Source of the DNA: Octopus sinensis
Lineage: Eukaryota
Assembly (NCBI RefSeq): GCF_006345805.1
Contig: NW_021832857.1
Span: 32,081 to 96,080, forward strand
DNA: 64,000 nucleotides
Direction of reading: 5' to 3'
Under the pieces are notes generated by a model. It saw only the letters and a program-made list of their open reading frames with translations. It was not told where the DNA came from and did not search any database. Shown in pieces: positions 38,341 to 52,341 of the stretch; position 1 is the first letter of the stretch, and every line of letters begins with the position of its first letter. The translations under genes were made by a program, and so were the position numbers.

Positions 38341-40804
38341 GCTGTTCCTCCAAAAGGATCTGGAGCGGGGAGGGGGCTGTCCTGACTCTGGTTGTCTGTT
38401 GTGATATGGTTCCTACAGCTGGATGCTCTTCCTAACGCCAACTAATTTACAGACTGTATATGTGTGTGTGTTTTGTGCTTTTCCCCTGCTACCTCTTCAC
38501 ACACACACACACACACACTCATATGCACACACGTTTATTCATAAGTGCATAGAAGCATATACACACACCTGCGCACGTGTATATGTAGGTATGTAGCTGA
38601 AATTGAGAGGTCTCAAAGACTAAAGTATTATTAAGTTGGAAAGAATTGTAGGACTGTGCTATTGTGAAAATGACTGTGCTTGTGTAGAAAAGGGGTCAGG
38701 ATTCCATTTGGTGTTGCCACCAGTGTAATCAGTGCCCTGTAGTTTTGAGACAGATCACAAGCTGCCAGACTTTGGATGCTGTAAGTGATGGCTGGTGCAT
38801 CTACAGACCATTATACCAACACCTTTCACAAGGATGTTTCTGTTGGCAAAAGTGTTGAGATGTAAAACAACGAGATCACTTGTCTCAAACGTCAAACATT
38901 CTTTTTTCCCTGTCTTCTAATGTCACCTTGAAATGTTTGTGAGTTCTATGGCAATCTCACCAGTTCGGGTGGCACAAGAAATGCACCCAATCCATGCTGT
39001 AAAGTGTTTGGGGTCAGGAGGAGTATCCAGCTACAGAAACCAGATACTGGACTCTGTTCACTCTATCTTTTATTGTCCACACAATGGAGTGGGGAGCCAG
39101 AGAAGGGGGAGGGTGGTAGAAGAAAGAGTAGCAAAACCAGGGGAGTGGAAGTGAGAGGGTGGTAGGCAGTTGTATGAGGGTTGTTGGTGAGTACATGTAG
39201 TAGAAAGGAGATGGGAGGGACAGGAAAGGTTGGCGGAGGGAGTAATGTGTGAGAGAGCTGGATAACAATAAAAAGGGCTGTTGATAGGAAGTACTCAATA
39301 CCCAGGCAGAGTGATGGAAGGAACAAATGACAGCAATAGCAACAACGTCCCTGTCCACCATTTTAAATCTGTGACAACATTTACATATTGATTGGATGGG
39401 TCTTGTCAAGCCCCTTTTACACCCTGCAGGTGTTTGTCATCATCTTCATGAGATTCATCACTTCATTCTATGTCTACCTTGGTCTCCATCTTCTGTAGGT
39501 TCCATCCACTCATTAAATGCTCACCACTTCTTTCTACGAAGCAACATAACCACATACGCCACATGGCCACAGCTGTGCAGTCTTCTTTCTTGCACATTAC
39601 ACATCCCTCTGTGTGTATGTGCTTATATACACACAAGTGCACAAATGCACGTGCATATTTATGTATATCTACATATGTATATGTGTGTGTGTGTGTATGT
39701 CTTCATCATCATCATTTAATGTCCATTGTCCATGCTGGCATGGGTTGACAGTTTGACAAGGCTGTACCAGACTCCAGTCTGACTTGGCAATGGTTTTCTA
39801 CAGCTAGATGCCCTTCCTAATGCCAACCACTCCTAGAGTTGTAAATAGATTTATTTCCTTGGACAGGGTTTGAGCCATCTCTCTTGTTGACCACTTTGAC
39901 ACTGACATTGTCCCAAGATCAGACCTGTCCTGGGGTTACACACACACACAGAATGAAACAGGGGACCCCTTGACTACAAGAGAAGAGGGATCATTAGATG
40001 ACATTCTTTCATTAACGAGCATGAGTAATAATAATTAGTGAACCCATTGTAAACTGTTAATTAGACCATAAAATGTTTAATTAATATCTGCTAATTAACA
40101 TATCAGAAATGATTAATTGTTAACATTTTGAAGCCGGTCAGCTGATGAATCCAGGACAGTGTTTAACACCGAGATGGCTGCAATGTGGTTACTTAGTATA
40201 ATACAAGAAATAGTAGCCAAATCTCTTCAAATCTCACTTTGGACATGCTGGCTAATGTGGTCCTTGCTTTCCTGTCTGTAAGAAAATGATTGGATGGTCA
40301 TGGTAGGAATACTTCTCATTGCAGGATAAGGACTAACCTGGGGTTAATGACAATAGAACTGACCGATCCTGACCACCTCTGGACATTGTCATCACAATGT
40401 TGTGTTAATCCCACTGCTTCACCATAGCAACGCAAATTTGGGGGAGGGGAGTATGTTTTTCTCACCTGAAATGTCACAAGGTCATTTCACTGTACTGACC
40501 ACCACCACCACCACCACCACCACCACTCCAATCACCACCACCTTCACCACAAACTGTATTTTAAGGAGAAACCACCAAAGTATTACTCTGCTCTCTCTTT
40601 CTCTCTCTCACTCTTTCACTGCTGAGTAAAGGACCAACCAATCACTGCACCTTTTATATTTTTCTGTATTTATGTTCTTTTGGTTTTGGTTAAATTTTTT
40701 TTCCTTTTGTAAAAATATTTTTCGTTTGTTTGAATTGAAATTAAATTCATTGAAGGGATGTGCAGGGAAGGGAGAGGGTTTCTGTCGAGGATTTATGGTG
40801 TAAA

Positions 40805-40842
<38 letters not shown>

Positions 40843-41388
40843 TTATTATTATTATTAATATTAATATTATTATCATTATTAATATCATTATCATTATTAT
40901 TATTTTTATTATTATCATCATTATTATTATTAAGGTGTGTATGTATGTGTATATATATATAATATGCAATATATGTGTGTGTTTAGTGTGTATATATCCT
41001 CCTCACACACATACAAACTTGATGAGCTTCCTTCAATTTCCATCTACCAGATCGTCTCACAACATTTTGGCTGGCCTGGGGCCATAGGAGGAGACACTTG
41101 CTCAAAATGCTGGATAGTGGAGTTGAACCCAAAACCAAGCGGTTGGGAAGCAAACTGATGAGGATAATGATAACTTGTTACCAAGACAACAAGGCCAGGA
41201 ATTCTGAGAGACACTGCTTAGTTCATTATATCAACCCCAGTACATGACTGGTATTTTATTGACCATAGACAGATGAAAGGCAAAATTGGCCATGACAGGA
41301 TGGTACTGCAGTATGGCCACAATATATTTATACATGTGTGTGTATGTGTATGTGCATGCATCTCTCTTTCTTTTTCCTTCTTTCTTTC

Positions 41389-41431
<43 letters not shown>

Positions 41432-43178
41432 TTAATCTTCTTTGTATCTTTGTAATTTTAGAATTTGTATTGCCAAAGCATCACTCTCTCTATATATATA
41501 TGTCCTTTATAATAATTTAAGTGTGTGTATTTATATGTAAATATATATATCTTTTTTGCTAGTAAGGTACAGAAGGATATCCGTTGTATTTTATTGGCAA
41601 ACAAGCCAACATAAACCTGTTATTTTAATGTTTTCCTCTTAAATTCCATGAAATTATTTTGGCTGCTACAGGCTGACAATGACTTGAGAAGTTTTCACAT
41701 TTTCCCCTGATTCAGTTTCTAATGAGCAGCTTCAACACTCCTCCAAAATGACTTCAAACTTCAAATTCACTGTCATCTTTTAGCAGCAAAAATACATAAA
41801 ACACTTGATTTGATGTATTGAGTTCTTTATATTTGTATATATATATTTTGTGTGTGTGAATTCAGCTGTATGTAATTAATTTTATTATCACTTACATAAA
41901 CATACACCAGGAAAGGATAAAAATCTTTGTTTAGCATTATTAAAAAACGTTGCTTGCTCTGTGCCATCAAAAATGATGGCTAATTGGAGTATTTTATATA
42001 TAAATAAGGTACAAAACCAAGTTTTTAGTTTAATAATTCTTTTATTACCAAATTTTTTAATGTGAAAAAAATCTATCTGCAACTAACATCCTTTGACTGC
42101 TTGTTTCCTTTCAAGTTTTCCTTTCTTTTCGTATGACTTGAGACCATATAAAGTTGGCCATGACTAAATACGGGAGTTGGCAAGTAAATACCAAATACAC
42201 AGAGTTTAAACGCTGTTTGATTTTTCTTTTCAGCATTGAATTTTCACCATCCCACTTCCATTGCACACACACACACATATACCTCCCTATTACATACACA
42301 CACATACTCACACGCTGTTTGAATTTTTTTCCCCACTGTACAATTCCCATCATCCCACTGCCAAGTCTGCCCTCACCCCTTCCTTTCTCATTCCTATGTT
42401 GTGATGGAGAAAGATACAAGTATTCTTTTAGTAGATGAATAACAACTGGCATTAGTTGAGCTTTCTAATGTACTTCTCACCCTGCCCTGTACTGACCCCA
42501 GGCCTTCTTTCACTGCCACAGATCACAAATTCCTGAATTCCTCCTCTGCCTTTTATACAGTATCAGCTGCTCACACCACTCCTGGCTGTTGAACAGGAAT
42601 ACCCTTGTATATACCCTTGTCTATAGGAAATACACATTTATATGTGAAGTGAAAACATTAACACTTGGCTACTGATGTAAAAATCCAATGGTCAAAGATT
42701 TGAGTGCAACAAACAAAGGAACACATGATTGCCAATGTGGGAGTCTAATGATTGAAATGGAAAGTCTGCATGAATTCAACCAGTATAAAGGAGGCAAAGT
42801 TGTGGCTTTGTGCTAAGAAGTTTGCTTCCCAACCACATGGTTCTGGGTTCATTTCCACTACGTGGCACCTGGGGCAACTGTCTTCTACTACAGCCTACTT
42901 TCAAATTATTTGATTCTCTGTTTGAAATATTTCTAGTAGGTGATATCTTACATATTTTCTCCTACCTGTATAATTTTTAAATTCTTATTAACAAATGAAA
43001 CATGTGTAATGGTGAATAAATGATGCCAGAAAACTTTCCAATCTCCTGGCTCAATAACATTTCTCTGCAGAAAATATTTTCCTGAATATGCCTAAGTATA
43101 ACACCCACATACGGATTTGGAATCCTGGGATGAGCAGATGTGCTTCAAGAGGACACAGCTTGGATTTTGACCCTATCT

Positions 43179-43232
<54 letters not shown>

Positions 43233-43409
43233 CACATACCATATACACATGACACACACACACACACACCACACACACATACACGCCACATACACCACAC
43301 AAACAAACACACACATGCCACACACAGATACCACACACACCACATACACACACACCACATGCACCACATACACAAACACACACAATACACACACACACCA
43401 TACATATTT

Positions 43410-43822
43410 TACGTGTTGTGAGAACAAGAGCCAGTCGGGGGCACTGGCCATAGCTACGATTTTGGTTTTGATAGACTCAACAAGTCTTCTCAAGCATATT
43501 AAATCACCCGACGCATCAAGGGTACTCTTAAATGGGCCTGGACATGCAACACTAGCATCAGCCCTGGCTGTGATCTCACTTTGCTTGCCGGGTCTTCTCA
43601 ATCACAGCATATCTCTAAAGGTCTTGGTCTCCTGTCATTGCCTCTGTGAGGCCCAGTGTTCAAAGGTCATGCTCCACCAATTCATCCTATGTCTTCCTGG
43701 GTCTACCTCTTCCACAGGTTCCTTCCACAATTAGTGTGGCACTTCCTCACACAGCTCTCCTCATCCATATGTGACACATGACCATACCATCGCAGTCATC
43801 TCTCTTCACACCACATTTAATG

Positions 43823-43826
<4 letters not shown>
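43410..43826 (-). mobile_element. RTE LINE internal 3' fragment
   Basis: Matches the C-terminal coding region and start of the 3' UTR of the 10035 and 43954 copies (gtcttcctgggtctacctcttccacaggttcc). Confidence 0.75.
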
Positions 43827-43827
<1 letters not shown>

Positions 43828-43861
<34 letters not shown>

Positions 43862-43862
43862 T

Positions 43863-43953
<91 letters not shown>
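43828..43953. repeat. Long interrupted (TA)n. Comparable tracts at 30858-30950, 46304-46404, 57400-57450; (CA)n 47451-47522; (GT)n 34316-34362; (AAT/ATT)n 40803-40930; (CT)n 32493-32575
   Basis: Read directly from the sequence. Confidence 0.95.
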
Positions 43954-43957
<4 letters not shown>

Positions 43958-46303
43958 TCATCATCGTTTAAAGTCCGTCTTCCATGCTAGCATGGGTTGG
44001 ATGAAGCCAAAAGGCTACACCAGGCTCCAGTCTGATCTGGCAGTGTTTCTACAGCTGGATGCCCTTCTTAATGCCAACCATTCTGTCAGTGTAGTGTGTG
44101 CTTTTTACGTACCACCGGCACAGGTGCCAGGCGAGGCTGGCAACAGCCACAATCGGTTGGTGCTTTTTACGTGCCACCGGCACAGGTATCACAACTACAA
44201 TTTCCATTGATTTTGATGTTGATGTACTTGACTCAATAGGTCTCCTCAAGCACAGGGTCGAAACAGTGTTTCTTTACTTGCCACCTGCATAGGAGTCAGT
44301 CCAGCAGCACTGGCAACTGCCGGGTGCCAGTCATAGGATTGGTTCAATTTCGATTCCAATTTCACTTGCCCCAACAGGTCTTCACAAGCACAGTTTAGTG
44401 TCCAATGAAGGGTGGTTGGCATGGGTGCCAGTCGTCAGATGAGGTTTGATTTCAAAATTCAATTTTGACTTCACTTGCCTCAACAGGTCTTTGTGTGTCC
44501 AAGGACGGAAAGGCATGCATAAGTGGGCTGGCTACATCCCTGGCAAAGGACACGGGATGGGCTCACTTGTCCTTCCGGGTCTTCTCACGCACAGCATATT
44601 TCCAAAGGTCTCAGTCACTAGTCATTGCCTTGGTGAGGCCTAATGTTCGAAGGTCGTGCTTCACCACCTCGTCCCAGGTTTTCCTGGATCTACCTCTTCC
44701 ACAGGTTCCCTCAACCGCTAGGGTGTGGCACTTTTTCACACAGCTATCTTCATCCATTCTCGCCACATGACCATACCAGCGCAATCGTCTCTCTTGCACA
44801 CCACAGCTGATGCTTCTTAGGTCCAACTTTTCTCTCAAGGTACTTACACTCTGTCGAGTATGAACACTGACATTACACATCCATCGCAGCATACTGGCTT
44901 CATTTCTTGCGAGCTTATGCATATCCACAGCAGTCACGGCCCATGTTTCACTGCCATGTAGCATGGCTGTTTGTACACATGCGTCATACAGTCTGTCTTT
45001 TACTCTGAGCGAGAGGCCTTTTGTCACCAGCAGAGGTAAGAGCTCTCTGAACTTTGCCCAGGCTATTCTTACTCTAGCAGTTACACTTTCAGCACAACCG
45101 CCCCCACTACTGACTTGGTCACCTATGTAGTAGAAGCTATCAACTATTTCTAGTTTTTTTCCCTGGAATGTAACGGAAGTTGTTTTCTGCAGATTTTCAG
45201 TGTTTATTGCTCCTGAGCATCTGCCACATACAAAAACTATCTTCCCAGTTAGCCTTCCTTTGACATTGCTGCACCTCTTATGTGTCCATAGCTTACACTT
45301 GGTACATCTTATAGAGTTTCTACCTACACCTTTTCTACAGATCGAGCAGGGTCATCTACCTGAAGGTGTTTGTGTTTTGTCTACCTTCCTGCTTACTAGT
45401 ACTTTTGTTTTAGCTAGGTTGACTCTAAGGCCCTTCAATTCTAATCCTTGCTTCCACACCTGAAACTTCTCCTGTTCTGATAGTGACTCAGCAATTAGAG
45501 CAAGGTCATCAGCATAGAGGAGCTCTGGGGGTATGCAGTCTTGAATTCCTCTGTTATTGCCTGGAGAACTATGATAAATAGGAGGGGGCTGAAGACTGAA
45601 CCTTGGTGGATTCCTACGTCTACCCGGAATTCTTTACTGTACTCATTGCCAACCTTCACCTTACTAACAGCATCCCTGTATATGGCTCGCACGGCTCTCA
45701 CTAACCATTCATCTATCCCTAGTTTCCTCATTGACCACCAGTTAAGGGATCGGGGGAGCCTGTCAAAGGCTTTCTCCATGTCAACAAAAGCCAGGTACAG
45801 GGGTTTATTTTTGGTTAGGTATTTCTCCTGCAGTTGTCTTACCAGGAATATGGCAACAGTGGTGCTTTACCCTGGCACAAACCCAAACTGCATTTTATCT
45901 AAACTGACTCTCTCCCTAATCAGTTGGGCTATGACCATCTCCGTGACCTTCATTACCTGATCCAACAGCTTGATACCTCTGTAATTATTTGTATCCAGGG
46001 CATCACCTTTACCTTTGTAGCAGTTGACTATTATGCTGCTACACCAGTCATTGGGTATGACTCCTTCATGTATCACCTGGTTAACTATACGGGTGACTAG
46101 GCTATAGCCGACACTGCCAGATATTTTGAGCATCTCTGCAGTAATTCCTGATGGGCCTGGGGCTTTCCCGGTCTTCATGCTTCTAATTGCCTTAACTACC
46201 AGGGAACTGTCAACTCGGATTGCAGGTCCCTCTGTTGAGTCAACATTCGGCAGACTTTCTTTATCCCATTCATTTTCTTCATTCAGCAGCCTTTCATAGT
46301 GGC
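43954..46303 (-). mobile_element. 5'-truncated, disrupted RTE-clade LINE with reverse transcriptase (about 2.35 kb)
   Basis: ORFs 45867..46178 (KAPGPSG...NYRGIKLL...QFGF), 45495..45779 (EKAFD...GIHQGSVFSPLLF), LLYADDL at about 45503-45525, and ORF 44611..45027. In-frame stop and frameshifts present; 3' UTR and tail intact. Confidence 0.95.
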
Positions 46304-46404
46304 TATATATATATATATAATATATATTATATATTATATATATATACTATATATTATATATGTATATATATATATATATAAGATATATATATATGTATAT
46401 ATAT

Positions 46405-47449
46405 ATCATCATCATCGTCATTTAACATCCATCGTCCATACTAGCATGGGTTGGATGGAAGGCTGCACCAGACTCCAGTCTGATTTGGTATGGATTCTAC
46501 AGCTGGATGCCCTTCCTAACGTCAACCACTCTGAGAGTTTAATGGGTGCTTTTACGTGCCACCAGCACGGGTGCCATTTGTGTGACACTAGTATCTTCCA
46601 CAGCAGCGATTTTGCTCAGCTTGATGGGTTTTCTTCTCAAGCATGACATAATGCGAAAGGTCTGAGGCCCAACGCTTGAAAGCAACTCAGCTACTTTGCC
46701 TCTATGAGGCCCAATGCTCGAAAGGTGCTCTTTATGTGCCGATTACGTGACACCAACATCAACCACAACTACAATTTCACTTGGCTTGATGTGCCTTCTC
46801 AAGAACAGTATATCACCAAAGGTCTCAGTCACAAGTCATTGCCTCTGTGAGGCTCAAAATTCGTAGATCATGCTTCACCACTTCATGTCATGTCTTCCTG
46901 GGTCTACCCCTACCACAGGTTCCCTCCACAGTTAGAGATCGGCATCTCTTGACACAGCTGTCCTCATCCAAATGCATCACAAGACCATACCAGTGTAGTT
47001 GTCTCTCTTGCACACCACATCTGATGCCTCTTATGCCAAACTTTTCTCTCAAGACGCTTACACTCTGTCAAACATGCCCATTGACATTGCACATTGAGTG
47101 AAGCATACTGGCTTCATTTCTTTCAAGCCTATGCATGTCCTCACAGCCCATGTTTCACTGCCATGTAGCATAGCTGTTCGCACACAGGCATCATACAATC
47201 TGCCTTTCACTCTGAGGAAGAGGCCCTTTGTTGCCAGCAGAGGTAGGAGCTCTCTGAACTTTGCCCAGCCTAATCTTATTCTCACACTCTTGGAGCATCT
47301 ACCTCTGCTACTAACTTGGTCACCTCGATAACAGAAACTATCTTCTACCTCTAGCTTGTCCCCCTGGCAGTTGGTGGAGTCTGTTTCCTGCACATTTTCA
47401 GAGTTTATTCTACTTGTGCATCTTCCACATACAAAAGCTAATTTCCCTG

Positions 47450-47450
<1 letters not shown>
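46405..47450 (-). mobile_element. Second, diverged RTE LINE 3' fragment
   Basis: ORF 47058..47519 (GKLAFVCGRC...WAKFRELLPLL...AMLHGSETWAV) homologous to the neighbouring copy; (ATC)n tail at 46405. Confidence 0.9.
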
Positions 47451-47525
<75 letters not shown>

Positions 47526-47595
47526 TTATAAATTTGTAAACAAATCCGAAGGCTGTAAATTACGGAGAAGACTGACACACATTGGTCCTTTTTAA

Positions 47596-47719
47596 TAATA
47601 ACTGTAATTATATATTATTTATATAATATTTACTCCATTTAGAGCAACTAAACCTAAGTTTCCCTAAATGGAGCATATATTATTATTATTATATATATAA
47701 TATATAATTACAGTTATTA
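47596..47719. repeat. AT-rich imperfect palindrome
   Basis: Perfect 23-bp outer arms (47596-47618 / 47697-47719) and perfect 10-bp inner arms ctccatttag / ctaaatggag (47633-47642 / 47664-47673). Confidence 0.85.
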
Positions 47720-47769
47720 TATATATATATATATGTGTCCATTAATTTTATTATTTGTTTATTTGAATT

Positions 47770-47808
<39 letters not shown>

Positions 47809-49576
47809 TCAAAAGATATCAAAACAAAGCAGCAAAGATTGTATTAAAATTAAATTTTAAAAAATTGTAATAAAATACAAATTTTGAATAGGATTTAAAT
47901 GCTAAAGGGTCTTAGTCATCTTGTATACATCTGTATTTACATAAATGTTTTTACATGTACACACATGTACACCAAAAATCTACACCTATTACACATTCAC
48001 ATACATGTATTACTAAAAGCTGAAACCTCTTGAATCTGTTACTCTGAGTTTTCTGTTGTAAACTATTTTCACACTCAAAGAAGGAAAGTCACATGACAAT
48101 ATCTAAGCCAGAATTTTCTCTTTAGTAATTGTACTCCAAGATGTTGTTTCTGTTTGTCTGAGAAGTAAACCATCTGATGACAGCATTTTTGCACTGTGGA
48201 ACTATAAGACAGGACCAGAGACTTCTATGAATATTAATTGAGGAATTTTCAATTAGTAAATGGCTAAAAACAGATTATTTCCAAAATATTGGATATGTGA
48301 TATCCATATTGTAGGTGAGTGGGGATATAAAAAAACAAAACAAATCGAGCCATTAATTAATGCCAAAAGTTCATTAATAATAATTACCTCTCTTCCTTTT
48401 TGTGTGTTTTACAAATTTTATACTAAATGTTCAATCTTACCAGGTTTACTGTATTTGCCAGTGTATAAGAGACGACGCTCTTGCAAAAGCGAGACTCCTA
48501 CATTTTGTGGGGAAATAAATGTGTATTTTGTGAAAAATCAAATCAAATATCATTAGACACACTTTTAATTGCATTCAAGAATAAAAACGAAATGCATCTC
48601 CTCTGCCTGCATTCACGGCCGTTCTCTTTAATTGAAGCTTATTTTATCACAAGAACCTGTATTTATGTCTCCACTAATACCCAGGAGGGAGCCAGCCCTT
48701 TATGTCCCTGCTGTGACACAGTCTTAGTCCAAAGTCCCTTTCAAAAATGTGCCAGAAGCCACCCCAATAAAACAATAAGATGTTTTATCCAGCAGCACTA
48801 TACTGTTGCTAGTGTGAGGATACGATCCCTTGAACTGGGTGGAACAGTGTAATTACAACATCTATGCAGAGTGTAAATGTTCCATCCATGACCATCCCAT
48901 CTTTTATTTAGGTGTTGTTTCTAAAACTGTTCTCTGACATGTGACCTATTTCTTTCTCTCTCTATCTCTCTGCTCCCCCCCTCTTCTCCCAGACTATCCC
49001 CTACATGTGACCCAGGCAGTTCTAAAACATGTCACCTTCCACATTTTTTCCTTCCTTCCACCCCTATTTCTCCTACAAGACAACTTCTCCCTCCTCTCAT
49101 GTACCACCAACCTTTTAAAGCCCCACTCCTCTCACATTCACCTTCCACTGAACTAATTAGACCATTAATTAATAGCCATTCTCTGAGATAGCAATCCTTC
49201 CTTCTCCGTTACATCTGAAGATGACCAGGGGCATGGTCGAAAACAAAGCTAACCTTTCTCTTGTTTACAGAATATTATGCACCTCCTTATTCTGACCAGT
49301 TGGAAACACCTCAACAATGAAATGGTTAACGGACTTTCTACTAACATAGATACCTGTGTGTGTGTGTGTGTGTGTGTTTTGATACAAGATGGGAAATTGT
49401 TTTGTTGCAGAAAACATCCAATATTATTAAAATAATTTTTACAATTTGAGGAATCGAATGATGGTCCTTATCAAATCATTTCCCATCTTGAATCAGAATG
49501 AGTAAAAACCCTTAAATTCCTAATTTCTGAAGGACACTGTTCCAATGCCAACCTTTTCTCTCTCTTTTTTCCCTAG

Positions 49577-49735
<159 letters not shown>

Positions 49736-50229
49736 TAGTTTTAGGGAATCCTAAAGAAATCATTTGAAGGCCTGGCTATTATATATTTATGGGGTTACAT
49801 CAGATATATTTTTAAGGGGTTTATATCAGATATCTATTTATGTGGTTTAAGGAGTTTATATCATATCTAATGATTTATCTCTCTAGTGGCATCAGTGAAA
49901 TATGTATTTAAGATCAAATAAATATTTAGGGCTTACAGTGGGACTCTATATCTATATGATATATATATATCTAAAGGGGGCAGATGAAGTATATAAAGGG
50001 CTTATATCAGTGATTCATAGCTCCCCCTCTCTATCTATCTAATCTATACACTCACACACATACTTTTCTGCAAGTGTCTAATAATACTAAGGGTGTTTAA
50101 TAAATTAGAAATAATAATTCAATTAATGAAAAATTTTAAATATATATTGAATATTTTAAATGTTTTTAATAAAAAGAAAAAAACTTTTCTACAAACGAGA
50201 CAAGGCCTAAAACAGCTGAAGACAAGAGT

Positions 50230-50901
50230 CTCATCACCCAGAACTATCAAGCAGAAGGGGCAGACGCAAAGTGTAGACCCTGCAATGACAAACTTGAGAG
50301 CATTGACCCCATTTTTGCCGGTTGCTCAGTCGTTGCCCCATTGAGTTGGCCAATACTTGCCCTGGAGCATATTCCATCACTGTGATATCCTGCACCTAAG
50401 AACTGGTATGAACACCATCCAGAGCCAGTCACTGAGGGAGAGAATGTTACCATCTTTTGTTGATTATGGGAATACATATAGACAAGCAAATTAAACCTCA
50501 TTGTCGTCAAAGACATAAGGCAAAAAGACATGCTTGTTAATTGATAGGAGAGGTACGAACTGATAGAAACACCTGAGCAAAGGAATTTGAAAAACGGTTG
50601 AAATATAAGGGCCTTGAGATTGAAATATTTAGGATGTGGCAGTTAAAAACCCAAACCATCCCTGTTGTTGTGGGTGCCCAGGGAATGATTAAGAAAGGTA
50701 CTGACAAATTTTTTGATCAGATCCCTGGGAAACCCTCAATCTATGAGACTCAAAAAATTGTGTTGACATCAACTGACCCCATTTTCAGGATGTTTCTCTC
50801 CATCTTATATGTGCCTTATGTCTGTGGTTGTGACCCGGTTGGAAGATAGAATCAAATACAAATCAAAGAAAAATTGAATTATAATAATAATAATAATAAT
50901 A
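50230..50901 (+). mobile_element. Restriction-like-endonuclease non-LTR retrotransposon 3' fragment (R4/NeSL/HERO-like)
   Basis: Degenerate YEHHPEPVTEGENVTIF, IVVKD...CLLID, and ORF 50598..50849 KYKGLEIEIFRMWQLKTQTIPVVVGAQGMIKK; (AAT)n tail. Family recognised from memory. Confidence 0.7.
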
Positions 50902-51815
50902 ATCTTTTCTAGTAAAGGCACAAGGCTTGAAATTTTAAGGGAGAGGGCTAATGGATTTTCTTGACGCCAGTACACAACTGATGCTTATTTCACCGACTCT
51001 GACAGAAAGAAAGGCAAAGTCCACCTTGGTGGAATTTGAACTCGGAATGTGAAGACTGCCAAAATGCTTAGCAGCATTTTTCCCAGCATGCTAACAATTC
51101 TACCAGCTCATCACCTTAATAATAATAAACTTCCATGAGCAAGCTAGATAACCAATGCATTACACACTCAACACACGAGCAGTAATACAAAAGGCTGCAG
51201 CACACCTCAAGAGAAAAGTAAAACTAACAAAATACAAAATCAGGAAGAGTTTGCACACAGCCCAGCAAACAATGCTGCACACAGCCCAGCAACATGGATG
51301 TGTAGCAGCAGGTGATGCAGTACAAATTTGCCTCAAATTACCAAATGTCACACAACTCTAGAATAATAACAATCCTTTCTGCTATGGGCACAAGTCTTGG
51401 ATTTTGTGGGGAGGGGGACAGGCAATTACATCGACCCCAGTACTCAAATGGTACTTAATTTTGGGGGAGAAGGGATTATGTCGATTACACTGACCCCAGT
51501 GTGTAACTGGTACTTAATTTATCGACCCCGAAAGGATGAAAGGCAAAGTCAATCCTGGCGGCATTTGAATTCAGACCATAAAGACAGACGAAAAACCGCT
51601 AAGCATCTAACCCAGCATCTTAACAATTCTACCTGCTCACTACCTTAATAATAATAATAATAATAATAATAAATGTAACAACTACAAAAGGTCTTTCATT
51701 AGGGATCTCTAGTCTCTGTTCTTTGTCACGAATCCCTGTTTATAATCACTGATCAGTAAGTGTATATATTCTCTGGCCCCTGTTTCTAAGACATAATTGT
51801 TTTTGTTGTTCCCAG

Positions 51816-51938
51816 GGTTACAACAAGGCTGTTGACTGGTGGGCCCTCGGAGTACTAGTCTATGAAATGGCAGCAGGATATCCTCCATTCTTTGCTGATC
51901 AACCTATACAGATTTATGAAAAAATTGTTTCTGGCAAG
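51816..51938 (+). CDS. Pka-C1: PKA catalytic subunit exon 8
   Basis: gttcccag|GGT ... AAG|gtaagt; 123 nt; [41 protein letters not shown]. Confidence 0.98.
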
Positions 51939-51948
51939 GTAAGTGTAA

Positions 51949-52341
<393 letters not shown>

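Noticed and set aside
48174-48215. Other CTGATGA occurrences (48174, 56363, 24054, 7134) as hammerhead cores
   Set aside because: They lack a correctly placed helix II plus GAAA.
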